Virus record (IMG/VR): IMGVR_UViG_3300001528_000183
Location: 1 to 44,591 of that record
Source: a virus
Length of the DNA stretch: 44,591 nucleotides
Reading direction: 5' to 3' (one strand)
Position numbers and translations under genes: made by a program. The stretch's first letter is position 1, and the number at the start of each line of letters is the position of its first letter. The notes under the pieces are model-generated. The model ran no database searches. It was not told where the DNA came from and worked only from the letters and a program-made list of their open reading frames with translations. Of this stretch, positions 8,698 through 16,426 are shown piece after piece.

Positions 8698-9774
8698 ATG
8701 AGGTACGGAAACGATAAAACCGAGAATGAAATAATCGAATCAGTTATAAGCTTTGAAGCGCTATACGAGTCGATGATGAAATGTAAAAAGGGCGTGTTGT
8801 GGAAAAATCAGCCCGCCCACTATTACCTCAACGGCATAGAAGAAACGATAAAGCTATCAGATCAGCTAAGAAACGGAACCTATAAACCGAGAAAGACAAG
8901 AAAAGTTAAAATCACCTATCCAAAACCAAGAGAAGCAGTGGCGAATGCTTTTCGGGACAGGGTGTATCAACGAAGCTTAAACGACAACGTACTATATCCG
9001 GCAATGACAAGATCATTCATTGACGATAACATGGCGTGCCAAAAAGGACGCGGACCAGATGTGGCAATGGACCGTCTGGATGAGTTCCTGCGTCAGATGT
9101 TTCAGAAATATGGGCTAAATTTCTGGATTTTACAAGGTGATGTCCACGGATATTATCCCAACATGTCACACAGCAAGACAGAAAGCCGATTTCATAGAAA
9201 GGTAACAAAGCCAATCTATGAAATGACAACTAATGTTTTACGTGGGCAGTATGAGGGAAGTACCGGATATAATCCAGGATCGCAGATGGTACAAATTGCA
9301 GGAGTTTCGTACTTGGATCCGTTTGATCACTATATGAAAGAACAGCTGCACGTAACGCAATACGAACGATATATGGATGATTTTGTGGACATGAATGCAA
9401 GCAGAGAAGCACTGGAAGACCATCTGAAGAAAATCAAGTGCTATATGGATGCAGAAGAATGCGAGCTGCATCCGAAAAAGACAAGGATCTATCACGTAAC
9501 AGAAGGAATTACATTCCTGGGCTTTAAGCACAGGTTGACGGAAACTGGAAAGGTTATCCGTACAATTGATCCGGATAACGTGAAACATGAGCGCCTAAAG
9601 CTAAGAAGGCAGGTAGCACTTGTAGCCAAAGGAGAAATGAAGAAATCTGAAGTTGAAAACGGGTACAAATGTTGGAAAGCACACGTTAAGAGAGGTAATA
9701 GCACGAAAGTCCTAGAAAGGACCGACAAATATTTGAAGAGTCTATGGAAGGAGTATGGATTGTATGAGATTTAA
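8698..9774 (+). CDS. DGR reverse transcriptase
   Basis: YMDDF (YxDD) catalytic motif and an NPGSQ motif typical of DGR RTs. The track ORF opens at 8626, but the ATG at 8698 follows AGGAAAAAG and leaves 8527..8697 as the TR-RT spacer. Confidence 0.85.
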   Translation: MRYGNDKTENEIIESVISFEALYESMMKCKKGVLWKNQPAHYYLNGIEETIKLSDQLRNGTYKPRKTRKVKITYPKPREAVANAFRDRVYQRSLNDNVLYPAMTRSFIDDNMACQKGRGPDVAMDRLDEFLRQMFQKYGLNFWILQGDVHGYYPNMSHSKTESRFHRKVTKPIYEMTTNVLRGQYEGSTGYNPGSQMVQIAGVSYLDPFDHYMKEQLHVTQYERYMDDFVDMNASREALEDHLKKIKCYMDAEECELHPKKTRIYHVTEGITFLGFKHRLTETGKVIRTIDPDNVKHERLKLRRQVALVAKGEMKKSEVENGYKCWKAHVKRGNSTKVLERTDKYLKSLWKEYGLYEI

Positions 9775-9922
9775 GAGAACAGAAGATGTAGTAGAAGCAA
9801 GAAAAAAAGACCAGATGGAAGCTGATTACTGCAAGATGAAGGCGGACCTTGACTATCTTGCAATGATGGGCGATGTTGACCTGGACGAGAGCGAAGAGGA
9901 AGGAGATAAAGACGATGAGTGA
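9764..9922 (+). CDS. Small acidic hypothetical protein (52 aa, below the ORF-track cutoff)
   Basis: ATG at 9764 has GGAAGGAG 9 nt upstream. It overlaps the RT stop and the XkdX-like start. Sequence MRFKRTEDVVEARKKDQMEADYCKMKADLDYLAMMGDVDLDESEEEGDKDDE. Confidence 0.4.
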   Translation: MRFKRTEDVVEARKKDQMEADYCKMKADLDYLAMMGDVDLDESEEEGDKDDE

Positions 9923-10100
9923 GAAGTACTGGACAGTAAAAAAGTATTATGACGAGGGCTTTTGGAACAAGACAAGAGTAAGAAATGCAGTAAAGAAAGG
10001 CTGGATCACAGAGGAAGAGTGCCAGAAGATCTTTAGCGGAGAGCAGGAAGGCGAAGATAACAGCGATGGACATGCTGAGAGTACTGGAGACGCAAACTGA
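9915..10100 (+). CDS. XkdX-family phage protein
   Basis: MSEKYWTVKKYYDEGFWNKTRVRNAVKKGWITEEECQKIF matches the XkdX signature. The track ORF opens at 9873; the ATG at 9915 is the likely start. Confidence 0.7.
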   Translation: MSEKYWTVKKYYDEGFWNKTRVRNAVKKGWITEEECQKIFSGEQEGEDNSDGHAESTGDAN

Positions 10101-10233
10101 GATCATAAAAAGGCAGAGTGATGTAATCAATGAGCTATTTAAGGTACTGGCACAACAGGAGGCCGCAGGAGATCTGGAGCAGATCACCGAGGAAGCAGAC
10201 CTAATAGCAAAAATGAAACATCAAATCAAATAA
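10066..10233 (+). CDS. Small coiled-coil hypothetical protein (55 aa)
   Basis: Read by eye: MDMLRVLETQTEIIKRQSDVINELFKVLAQQEAAGDLEQITEEADLIAKMKHQIK. It fills the gap before the holin gene. Confidence 0.35.
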   Translation: MDMLRVLETQTEIIKRQSDVINELFKVLAQQEAAGDLEQITEEADLIAKMKHQIK

Positions 10234-10260
10234 AAAATTAAAGCAAGAAAGGAACGGTAA

Positions 10261-10710
10261 ATGAAAATATTGGATACATACAATGCACTTGTAGGCGCTG
10301 TAATTGCAGTGCTTACATACATTTTCGGGGAACACTGGATGCTGTTTGCACTGTTCCTGGCGTTTAACGTAGCGGATTGGCTTACAGGTTGGGCAAAGTC
10401 CCGCCTTGCGCACAAGGAAAGTTCTTCAGCGGGTTGGAAAGGCGTGCTGAAGAAACTGGGATACTGGATGATGATTGCAGTTTCGTTCGGCGCGTCAGCA
10501 GTATTTATCGAGATCGGATCCACACTCGGCATCAATCTTCAGATCACAGTGCTGCTCGGATGGTTCGTACTTGCATCCCTGATCGTGAACGAGTTGCGAT
10601 CAATCCTGGAGAACTTCGTGGAGATGGGATATGATGTGCCAAAAATCCTAGTAAAAGGGCTAGAAGTCGCGGACAAGGCGATCAACCAGAGCCAAGAGGA
10701 CGAGGAGTAA
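10261..10710 (+). CDS. Holin (phage_holin_4 type)
   Basis: 149 aa with several hydrophobic helices. NVADWLTGWAKSRL...GWKGVLKKLGYW is a typical holin-4 motif. It lies directly upstream of the endolysin gene. Confidence 0.8.
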   Translation: MKILDTYNALVGAVIAVLTYIFGEHWMLFALFLAFNVADWLTGWAKSRLAHKESSSAGWKGVLKKLGYWMMIAVSFGASAVFIEIGSTLGINLQITVLLGWFVLASLIVNELRSILENFVEMGYDVPKILVKGLEVADKAINQSQEDEE

Positions 10711-10771
10711 AATAATGCTTGGGAAGGCGTAAGCCTTCCCATTTTTAACGCGAAAAGCAAGAGGACAAGAA

Positions 10772-12004
10772 ATGAACGAAAATGATTTAGTTAAGATTGC
10801 AAGAGTTATCTACGCTGAAGGTGGAGTTTTCTCTGGACGCAATTCTGCTGCATTACTGGCGATTGCACAGTGCATCCATGATCTTTTGCCAAACTACAAA
10901 GATCTTGATACATGTCTGCAATCTGCATTTACAGCGGCTACAGATGCATACGATGCTGCTTGCCTTACAGCAGCACGAGAGGTATTTGTGAACGGCAAAA
11001 GGAGATTTGCAAACGCAAAAATCCTGCAATTCCGCAGTTTCACAAAGTACTCGAACGGAAGCGGAGAACCGGACGAGAAGAAACTTGCAGATCTGTATGA
11101 AAACTATGATTACCTGGGAAAAGACTCCATTTCCAATGAATGGGGACATTTCTATTTCGGGTCTTTTGAAAAGGAGGAAAAAAGCATGGGATTTAAACTG
11201 TTAGTTATGGCAGGACACGGGAAAAACACAGATGGCACTTACGATCCAGGCGCTTGCGGATGCGGACAGCAGGAAGCAACGCTAACAAAAGAGCTGCGAG
11301 ATCTGATCAAAGCTGCCGCTGATCAGGCAGGCGTATCGTGTGATGTCGCGCCGGACCGCAACCACTATAGCTTTTTTAAGCATGGCGGAAAGTACGATGT
11401 GAGCAAGTATAATTATGTTTTAGAGATCCATTTTAACGCCAGCGTTACACCAGATCAGACAGGCGATGGAAAGATGAAAGGCAGCATGATGTATATCAGC
11501 CAGTCCGAGACAGGTCACAGCGTTGAGGATAAAATCCTTAGCAACCTATACGCGCTGGGCAGCTGCAAAGCCTGGGACGGTGTAGTGGTAGCACAGAGAC
11601 AGTGGCCGAATGGACTACTTGTCCAAGAAACTTGTCGAGGACAAGGCGTGAGTCATGCAGTCCTTGAAACTTGCTTTGTGACAGACAAGGACGATATGAA
11701 CTGGTACCAAGCAAAGAAGGAGAAGATTGCAGCGGCCATCATCGCAGGAATCCAAGAAGGATTCCATTTGAATTATGCATCACCGGCACTTACACCATAT
11801 ATGGTAAAAGTGGACGTATCCACCATTCCGGATCACTGCTTAAATATCAGAAAAGAACCAGGCATCAACGCACCGATCAGCGGCCAGATCAAGGAAACAA
11901 TGTCATTAACCATCGTGGCAGAAGCAAACGCCCCAGGAGCGTCAAAGTGGGGTAAGTTAAAGTCAGGGGCTGGCTGGATCAGTTTGGACTACACAAAAAA
12001 GTAA
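10772..12004 (+). CDS. Multidomain endolysin: N-terminal SleB/CwlJ-like region (weak), N-acetylmuramoyl-L-alanine amidase, C-terminal SH3b
   Basis: 410 aa. LVMAGHGKNTDGTYDPGA...LEIHFNAS is Amidase_3-like. The C-terminal LNIRKEPG...KWGKLKSGAGWISLDY is SH3b-like. Confidence 0.8.
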   Translation: MNENDLVKIARVIYAEGGVFSGRNSAALLAIAQCIHDLLPNYKDLDTCLQSAFTAATDAYDAACLTAAREVFVNGKRRFANAKILQFRSFTKYSNGSGEPDEKKLADLYENYDYLGKDSISNEWGHFYFGSFEKEEKSMGFKLLVMAGHGKNTDGTYDPGACGCGQQEATLTKELRDLIKAAADQAGVSCDVAPDRNHYSFFKHGGKYDVSKYNYVLEIHFNASVTPDQTGDGKMKGSMMYISQSETGHSVEDKILSNLYALGSCKAWDGVVVAQRQWPNGLLVQETCRGQGVSHAVLETCFVTDKDDMNWYQAKKEKIAAAIIAGIQEGFHLNYASPALTPYMVKVDVSTIPDHCLNIRKEPGINAPISGQIKETMSLTIVAEANAPGASKWGKLKSGAGWISLDYTKK

Positions 12005-12020
12005 ATAGAAAAAATATTTT

Positions 12021-12058
12021 AAGGCATCGAGCGTAACAACTCGGTGCCTTTCTCTTTT
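12021..12058 (+). terminator. Intrinsic terminator after the lysis cassette
   Basis: Stem aaggcatcgag/ctcggtgcctt (one G-U pair) followed by tctctttt. Confidence 0.7.
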
Positions 12059-12082
12059 GCCTAAAATGTTAAGTTGTTATTG

Positions 12083-12130
12083 GTTGTACTAACTCGACAG
12101 TACCTAAAGGTAGTGTACAGTTAGTACAAC
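12083..12130. other. Candidate attP core for the serine integrase (48-bp imperfect palindrome)
   Basis: Outer arms gttgtactaact/agttagtacaac and inner arms tacct/aggta share one centre at AA 12106..12107. The site lies directly 3' of the integrase gene. Confidence 0.5.
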
Positions 12131-12131
12131 T

Positions 12132-13511
12132 CTATGCAAAAAAAATACCAACGATCTCTTTTGCTTTGTTTATGCGGATTTCTTTGATCACAGATCTCCA
12201 TAACGTGCGCTTGTCTTCAGCCGATAAGCCGTCATACATAGCTTTAAAATCAGACTGTAACAGACGCTCAGCGGCAGAAAAGTCCGGAGCAGCTTCCAAG
12301 ATCGGATCCGGAAGCTGGTTCAATGCAGCAGTGTAGATCTCGTAGTCCTTCTTGTAATCTTCTAAGTCAATCAAATCATTTACATATAATTCCTTTAACT
12401 TCTTTAATTTATTTTTCAATGCAGCCTTTTCATTACTTCCAAGCTTACGTTGCTGTTCAGCCGCTTTAAGGTTCCATTCAAGCTTGCAGCGTTCAATTTC
12501 TTCCTGCAAGTGATCAAATAACCACGCTTCTATAACATCTTCCCGAAAAGAGCTGTTATTGCTACAAGTATCGCGCTGATGATGCTGAGGGCATCTATAG
12601 TAGTGGTGAACTTTTGCCTGGTATCCAGAGAGTTTATGGCCACACTCATCACATACCAAGAGAGAAGAAAAAATATATACTTTTCCGGTTGGATAAAATT
12701 TGACATTCTTTGAAGTTAAGACTTGCACACGTTCAAACTGCTCTTTGCTTATGATCGCAGGGCAAAAGTTCTCATTTCGCCTACCCCTGCGATCATATAC
12801 GCCAGTATAAAGACGCTGGGATAGTAGGCGGCGAAATGTGGCACCGCACCAGTTCACTCCATAAGTTTCTCGAATATATCTAATTGTGCCGCGTAGAGTA
12901 ACAGTACTTTCATAGCGATCAAAGGCAGCCTGCACGATAGCAGCTTCATCCGGAACAATCTCAAATTTCTTTTCGGCATTTAGTTTATACCCATATGGGC
13001 AGTGGCCGGAAATTGAGCTGCCGTGGGCAATCTTGCTATCAAAAACTACAGAAATACGTTCACCACAAATATCAGCTTCATTTTGTGCAATGGAGAGCTT
13101 TACGTTGATGTATAAACGGCCATTTGCTGTGCTGGTATCATAATCCTCGTCAATGGTTTTCCAACCACAATTATGCTGCTCTAAAATTTCGATCACCTTG
13201 TAATAGTCGGCTACGGATCGGAACCAACGATCCAGGCGGCAGAAAAGCAACAGATCTACTTCATCACGCTTCACGGCCTCCAGCATCTTTAAAAATTCAG
13301 TACGCTTATGAATGTTCTTCCTTGCTGTTTTTGCAGCATCAATATAGATGCCGACAATCGCCCAACCTTTTTCACGGGCGAACGCTTCAAGACGTTCCTG
13401 CTGGGCCTCGAGTGATAATCCTTTAATTTTCTGTTCTTCGCCGGATACGCGAATGTACAAAGCAACACGGCAGACAGAGTTTTCATTTTTAGAAAAAGCC
13501 TTTTTTACCAT
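12132..13511 (-). CDS. Large serine recombinase (integrase)
   Basis: 459 aa. Resolvase catalytic region VALYIRVSGEEQ, a recombinase domain, a zinc ribbon (CDECGHKL...YYRCPQH) and a C-terminal coiled coil. Confidence 0.85.
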   Translation of the reverse strand: MVKKAFSKNENSVCRVALYIRVSGEEQKIKGLSLEAQQERLEAFAREKGWAIVGIYIDAAKTARKNIHKRTEFLKMLEAVKRDEVDLLLFCRLDRWFRSVADYYKVIEILEQHNCGWKTIDEDYDTSTANGRLYINVKLSIAQNEADICGERISVVFDSKIAHGSSISGHCPYGYKLNAEKKFEIVPDEAAIVQAAFDRYESTVTLRGTIRYIRETYGVNWCGATFRRLLSQRLYTGVYDRRGRRNENFCPAIISKEQFERVQVLTSKNVKFYPTGKVYIFSSLLVCDECGHKLSGYQAKVHHYYRCPQHHQRDTCSNNSSFREDVIEAWLFDHLQEEIERCKLEWNLKAAEQQRKLGSNEKAALKNKLKKLKELYVNDLIDLEDYKKDYEIYTAALNQLPDPILEAAPDFSAAERLLQSDFKAMYDGLSAEDKRTLWRSVIKEIRINKAKEIVGIFFA

Positions 13512-13661
13512 AATTTTCCTTTCTTTTTCAATCTGCCTATGCTATAATCAAAAGGCAGACGATATGTTGTATCTGGTATGATTAACACGTTGCATATCCT
13601 GGCAGTGTCCCCACGCTGCCAGGATTTTCTTATCTTACAAAATACAAGGTAATTTAGATAT

Positions 13662-15044
13662 TTACATAGCATTTTCGGCTTTCAAAATATCTAAGGTTGC
13701 ATTATATTCGCGAGCAACCGGAATACGTGTAAACACAACTGTGTTATTAAAATTTTCTTTAACAGTCTTCTCAATTTCATCAAGAGACACGCGGAAGAAC
13801 TCTTTCTTTAAGTTTACACGATTTACGCTCTGCTTTTCAAATTTATGATGCAAAGCGGTTTCGAGCGCCGGAGCATCCTCGGAGAAGATCATGGCATGAA
13901 CATCGAACTCAAACGGGACGGATGCACTGCCAAGCTCTTTAATACGATCCATTGGTTCAAGTCTTCTGGTCATACCGATCTTATACACACCTTCACCAAA
14001 AGAACCAATATTAGAAATCACATAGACATATCCAGCACGGGCATTTGCTTCGCGTTCCAGAACTGTTTCTTTTTCTTTCTCAAGATCCTGCTTCTTTTCT
14101 TCAAGCTGCTGAATCTTATCAGCATAGATCTTCTTTTCAACTTCGCTTTCTGTTGATTGCAGATATCCCATCAATTTCTTAATCTCATTGCTACATTGAG
14201 TCTGATCCTTTTCAAGCTTCTGTTTCTGGCGTTCGATCTCTTTTCTTGCACGTTCATCCTCAAGCAGCTGCTCTTTAATTTCACGCTGCTGCTGGCGTTC
14301 CTCTTCACGCTTTAACTCGTATGTATACACCAGATTCAATTCTTCAAGCTTCGCCTTTAGGAAAGCTTCAGAAAGCGCTACGTTGTCTGCTGCAAAAAGC
14401 TTATTCAAAGTTTCAAAAGAACCAAGAATCTTTTTTCTGCAAGCTTCCATACTCTTTACAGATAAGCCAAGCAAAATATTGTCGCACTCGCAATTGAAGC
14501 AACGAATGATCTGCTTAATATTATCTTGGGCGCGCTTCTTTGAATCTTGAGATGTAGAGACAACAAACTTTCCAGATCGAATGTTTTCCTTTTCCTGCAT
14601 TTTTAAAAGGGAAAGTTTAGAGCGGCATTCTTCAGAAGAAATACCATCATAATCTGAATAGCGATACTGATCAACATAAGTGTTTGCCAGACTTTCAGTT
14701 CCTTGCTGACGTAACTGGGCAAGCTCCTGACGTTTTTTAGTAATTTCAGAATCATAAGCGGATTTGTTATTGCGAAAATCAGCTTGAAGCTTTTCAAGTT
14801 CGGATTGCTGGTTTTGCTTTGCACGATTAAGATCGTCTTCAAGCTGCTGAATAGAAGCGTCTAACGTATCATACTTGCCATATTTCTCAGCACGGGCTTT
14901 CTCAAACTTTCGCCGCGAATGAATCTGCACAAACAGCAAGATCACACCGACAATAGCGGGGATAACGAATGGCCATGCTGCAATTAGCAAGCAAATGAAC
15001 CAAGTCTGTAAATACCATTTTTCTTTCATAGTAAAAACCTCCAT
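13662..15044 (-). CDS. Membrane-anchored coiled-coil protein with C-terminal T5orf172/GIY-YIG-like domain (DUF4041-type architecture)
   Basis: 460 aa. N-terminal TM segment WFICLLIAAWPFVIPAIVGVILLFV, long charged coiled coils, and a C-terminal GYVYVISNIGSFGEGVYKIGMTRRLEPMDRIKELG motif. Confidence 0.65.
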   Translation of the reverse strand: MEVFTMKEKWYLQTWFICLLIAAWPFVIPAIVGVILLFVQIHSRRKFEKARAEKYGKYDTLDASIQQLEDDLNRAKQNQQSELEKLQADFRNNKSAYDSEITKKRQELAQLRQQGTESLANTYVDQYRYSDYDGISSEECRSKLSLLKMQEKENIRSGKFVVSTSQDSKKRAQDNIKQIIRCFNCECDNILLGLSVKSMEACRKKILGSFETLNKLFAADNVALSEAFLKAKLEELNLVYTYELKREEERQQQREIKEQLLEDERARKEIERQKQKLEKDQTQCSNEIKKLMGYLQSTESEVEKKIYADKIQQLEEKKQDLEKEKETVLEREANARAGYVYVISNIGSFGEGVYKIGMTRRLEPMDRIKELGSASVPFEFDVHAMIFSEDAPALETALHHKFEKQSVNRVNLKKEFFRVSLDEIEKTVKENFNNTVVFTRIPVAREYNATLDILKAENAM

Positions 15045-15303
15045 AACTAAAATCCAGTATTTTTAAAATAATTTCTTAATTGATCGAACAATTACCAATA
15101 ATTACCAGTATTATCTAGGCGATTTGTAATGTAATATAGACAATGCACCCAGCTATGAAAGGGCAGGGTGGTTGATATGATTATTAAAAAATACGTTTAC
15201 TATAAACATACAAATGTATATGCACTATATTACAGATTGAATAATACCCTGTATTACAACAGGAATTTTAAAGGTAAATGTAAACTTATAATTTTCAATT
15301 AAG

Positions 15304-15337
15304 AAAAAAGGCTGGGTGCATTACCCAGCCCCCAGCC
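15304..15337 (-). terminator. Intrinsic terminator, copy 1 of a 34-nt repeat
   Basis: Minus strand reads ggctgggt-aatgc-acccagcc then tttttt. Identical to 15859..15892. The TAA stop of ORF 15321..15785 lies in the loop. Confidence 0.7.
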
Positions 15338-15785
15338 CAGAATCTTCGTTTTCTACTAGGTACTGGCTTTCAAGTTCATCCGGTGTACGTGGATGCTCGC
15401 TTTCTGATATTGAAGAAAGTCGGCTGTTGAAATGCTTTAGTAGATACCTTCTGATATCAACTGGCAACTCGAAGTAAGCTTTAATAGCATCAATCTCTTG
15501 CAGTGTCGCACCATGTTGTTTGCAAAATTCATTTAAGTTAAAAAATTCTGACTCAACATACATGGGCTCTGTGCCATTTAAAATCCAATCTTCATTTACA
15601 GAAAATTCCTTACATATCAATTTAATAAGAGAAAGTTTCTGTTCTGGTTTAGCTAATGCATTTAATTCGATGTTCTTTATAACGTCACGACTGACACCTA
15701 ATCGTTCGCCAAAAGCTGTTTGCGATAACTTCAAATGATTTTTTCTCAAATCACGTATTCTTTCATACACTTCCATACCACTCAC
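15321..15785 (-). CDS. XRE-family HTH regulator, distal paralog
   Basis: 154 aa. N-terminal HTH (LSQTAFGERLGVSRDVIKNIE), WILNGTEPM, and a C-terminal AYFELPVDIRRYLLKHF...EHPRTPDELESQY shared with the neighbouring gene. Confidence 0.75.
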   Translation of the reverse strand: MSGMEVYERIRDLRKNHLKLSQTAFGERLGVSRDVIKNIELNALAKPEQKLSLIKLICKEFSVNEDWILNGTEPMYVESEFFNLNEFCKQHGATLQEIDAIKAYFELPVDIRRYLLKHFNSRLSSISESEHPRTPDELESQYLVENEDSGLGAG

Positions 15786-15807
15786 CCCCTTTCGTATTAC
15801 TAAAAAT

Positions 15808-15836
15808 AGTATATTACTTTACAATGTGCGCGTCAA
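15808..15836 (-). promoter_or_regulatory. Sigma-A-type promoter for the distal repressor paralog
   Basis: Minus strand has TTGACG, a 17-nt spacer, then TATACT. Confidence 0.5.
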
Positions 15837-15858
15837 CCCAAAATTGAAAACATCAAAC

Positions 15859-15892
15859 AAAAAAGGCTGGGTGCATTACCCAGCCCCCAGCC
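15859..15892 (-). terminator. Intrinsic terminator, copy 2 of the 34-nt repeat
   Basis: Identical 34 nt to 15304..15337. Starts a few nt downstream of the stop of ORF 15897..16322. Confidence 0.7.
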
Positions 15893-15896
15893 GATC

Positions 15897-16322
15897 TCAG
15901 CCAACATCTTCAATTTTGTATTGACTTTCGAGTTCTTCTGGCGTTTTTGGATGTTCGTTATCATCCTTTAATAGTTCCGCCTTGAAGTGCTCAAGGAGCA
16001 TCTTCCGAATCTTCGGGTCTAATGCGAAGTATGCCTTCGCAACTCTTAATTCAAGGTCAGATGCGCCGCGCTCTTTGGCGTACTCGTCAAGGCTAAAAGT
16101 TTCTTGAGCTTTTCGCATTGGCTCTTCTCCAGTTCGCAACCATTCTTCACGAATACCGTAGACAGAACAGATTAACTTTATGGTCTGATCTGCAACGGTT
16201 GAACTTTGTTGTTCCATATAACTCACACCAGATTGAGTAACGCCCAAGTCTTCTGCAAATTGTTTCTGGCTCTTCTTTTCAATCTCTTTTCTAAAATATT
16301 TAATGCGCTCATTGATAGTCAT
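15897..16322 (-). CDS. XRE-family HTH repressor (CI-like), next to the switch region
   Basis: 141 aa. HTH (SQKQFAEDLGVTQSGVSYME), divergent from the early operon, with an operator-bearing promoter upstream. Confidence 0.75.
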   Translation of the reverse strand: MTINERIKYFRKEIEKKSQKQFAEDLGVTQSGVSYMEQQSSTVADQTIKLICSVYGIREEWLRTGEEPMRKAQETFSLDEYAKERGASDLELRVAKAYFALDPKIRKMLLEHFKAELLKDDNEHPKTPEELESQYKIEDVG

Positions 16323-16348
16323 TGATTTCTCACCCCCTTTCTATTCAA

Positions 16349-16377
16349 ATAATACCAGTGACTTGTATAAAAGTCAA
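16349..16377 (-). promoter_or_regulatory. Leftward promoter for the repressor gene
   Basis: Minus strand has TTGACT (16377..16372), a 17-nt spacer, then TATTAT (16354..16349). Operator O1 (16352..16368) lies inside it. Confidence 0.55.
16352..16368. promoter_or_regulatory. Operator O1, 17-bp palindrome ATACCAGTGACTTGTAT
   Basis: Half-sites ATACMAGT. Related sites at 16405..16421, 16436..16452 and 16457..16473. Confidence 0.6.
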
Positions 16378-16397
16378 TAGAAATATCAATAAAGTGG

Positions 16398-16426
16398 TTG
16401 ACAAATACAAGTGACTGGTATATTAT
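16398..16426 (+). promoter_or_regulatory. Rightward early promoter
   Basis: TTGACA (16398..16403), a 17-nt spacer, then TATTAT (16421..16426). Operator O2 fills the spacer. Confidence 0.6.
16405..16421. promoter_or_regulatory. Operator O2, 17-bp palindrome ATACAAGTGACTGGTAT
   Basis: Reverse complement of O1 except for the central base. Weaker O3 at 16436..16452 and O4 at 16457..16473 lie downstream. Confidence 0.6.

Larger units (their letters stand above)
6631..9774 (+). mobile_element. Diversity-generating retroelement cassette: target(VR1)-avd-TR-RT
   Basis: VR/TR pair with adenine-specific differences, an Avd-like ORF and a reverse transcriptase ORF, in the canonical order. Confidence 0.9.

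Noticed and set aside
8271-8699. 142-aa minus-strand ORF covering the TR, with sister minus-strand ORFs at 7735..7959 and 24021..24380 that share AARVD(V/A)PR(I/N)ARIAA peptides
   Set aside because: The shared peptides are just the antisense translation of the TR/VR repeat. There is no RBS, and they overlap well-supported plus-strand features.
9771-10187. 138-aa minus-strand ORF opposite the XkdX region
   Set aside because: It is antisense to the XkdX-like gene and the small coupled ORFs, and is low complexity (Leu/Ser/Cys-rich).
15177-15302. 41-aa Tyr-rich ORF in the AT-rich gap upstream of the DUF4041 gene
   Set aside because: It has a weak RBS and a composition driven by AT-rich DNA. The region is more likely promoter or regulatory DNA for the minus-strand gene.
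15304-15892. Possible CRISPR-like or array repeat, based on the identical 34-nt units
   Set aside because: There are only two copies 555 nt apart, and each is a terminator hairpin after a repressor gene. It has no array structure.
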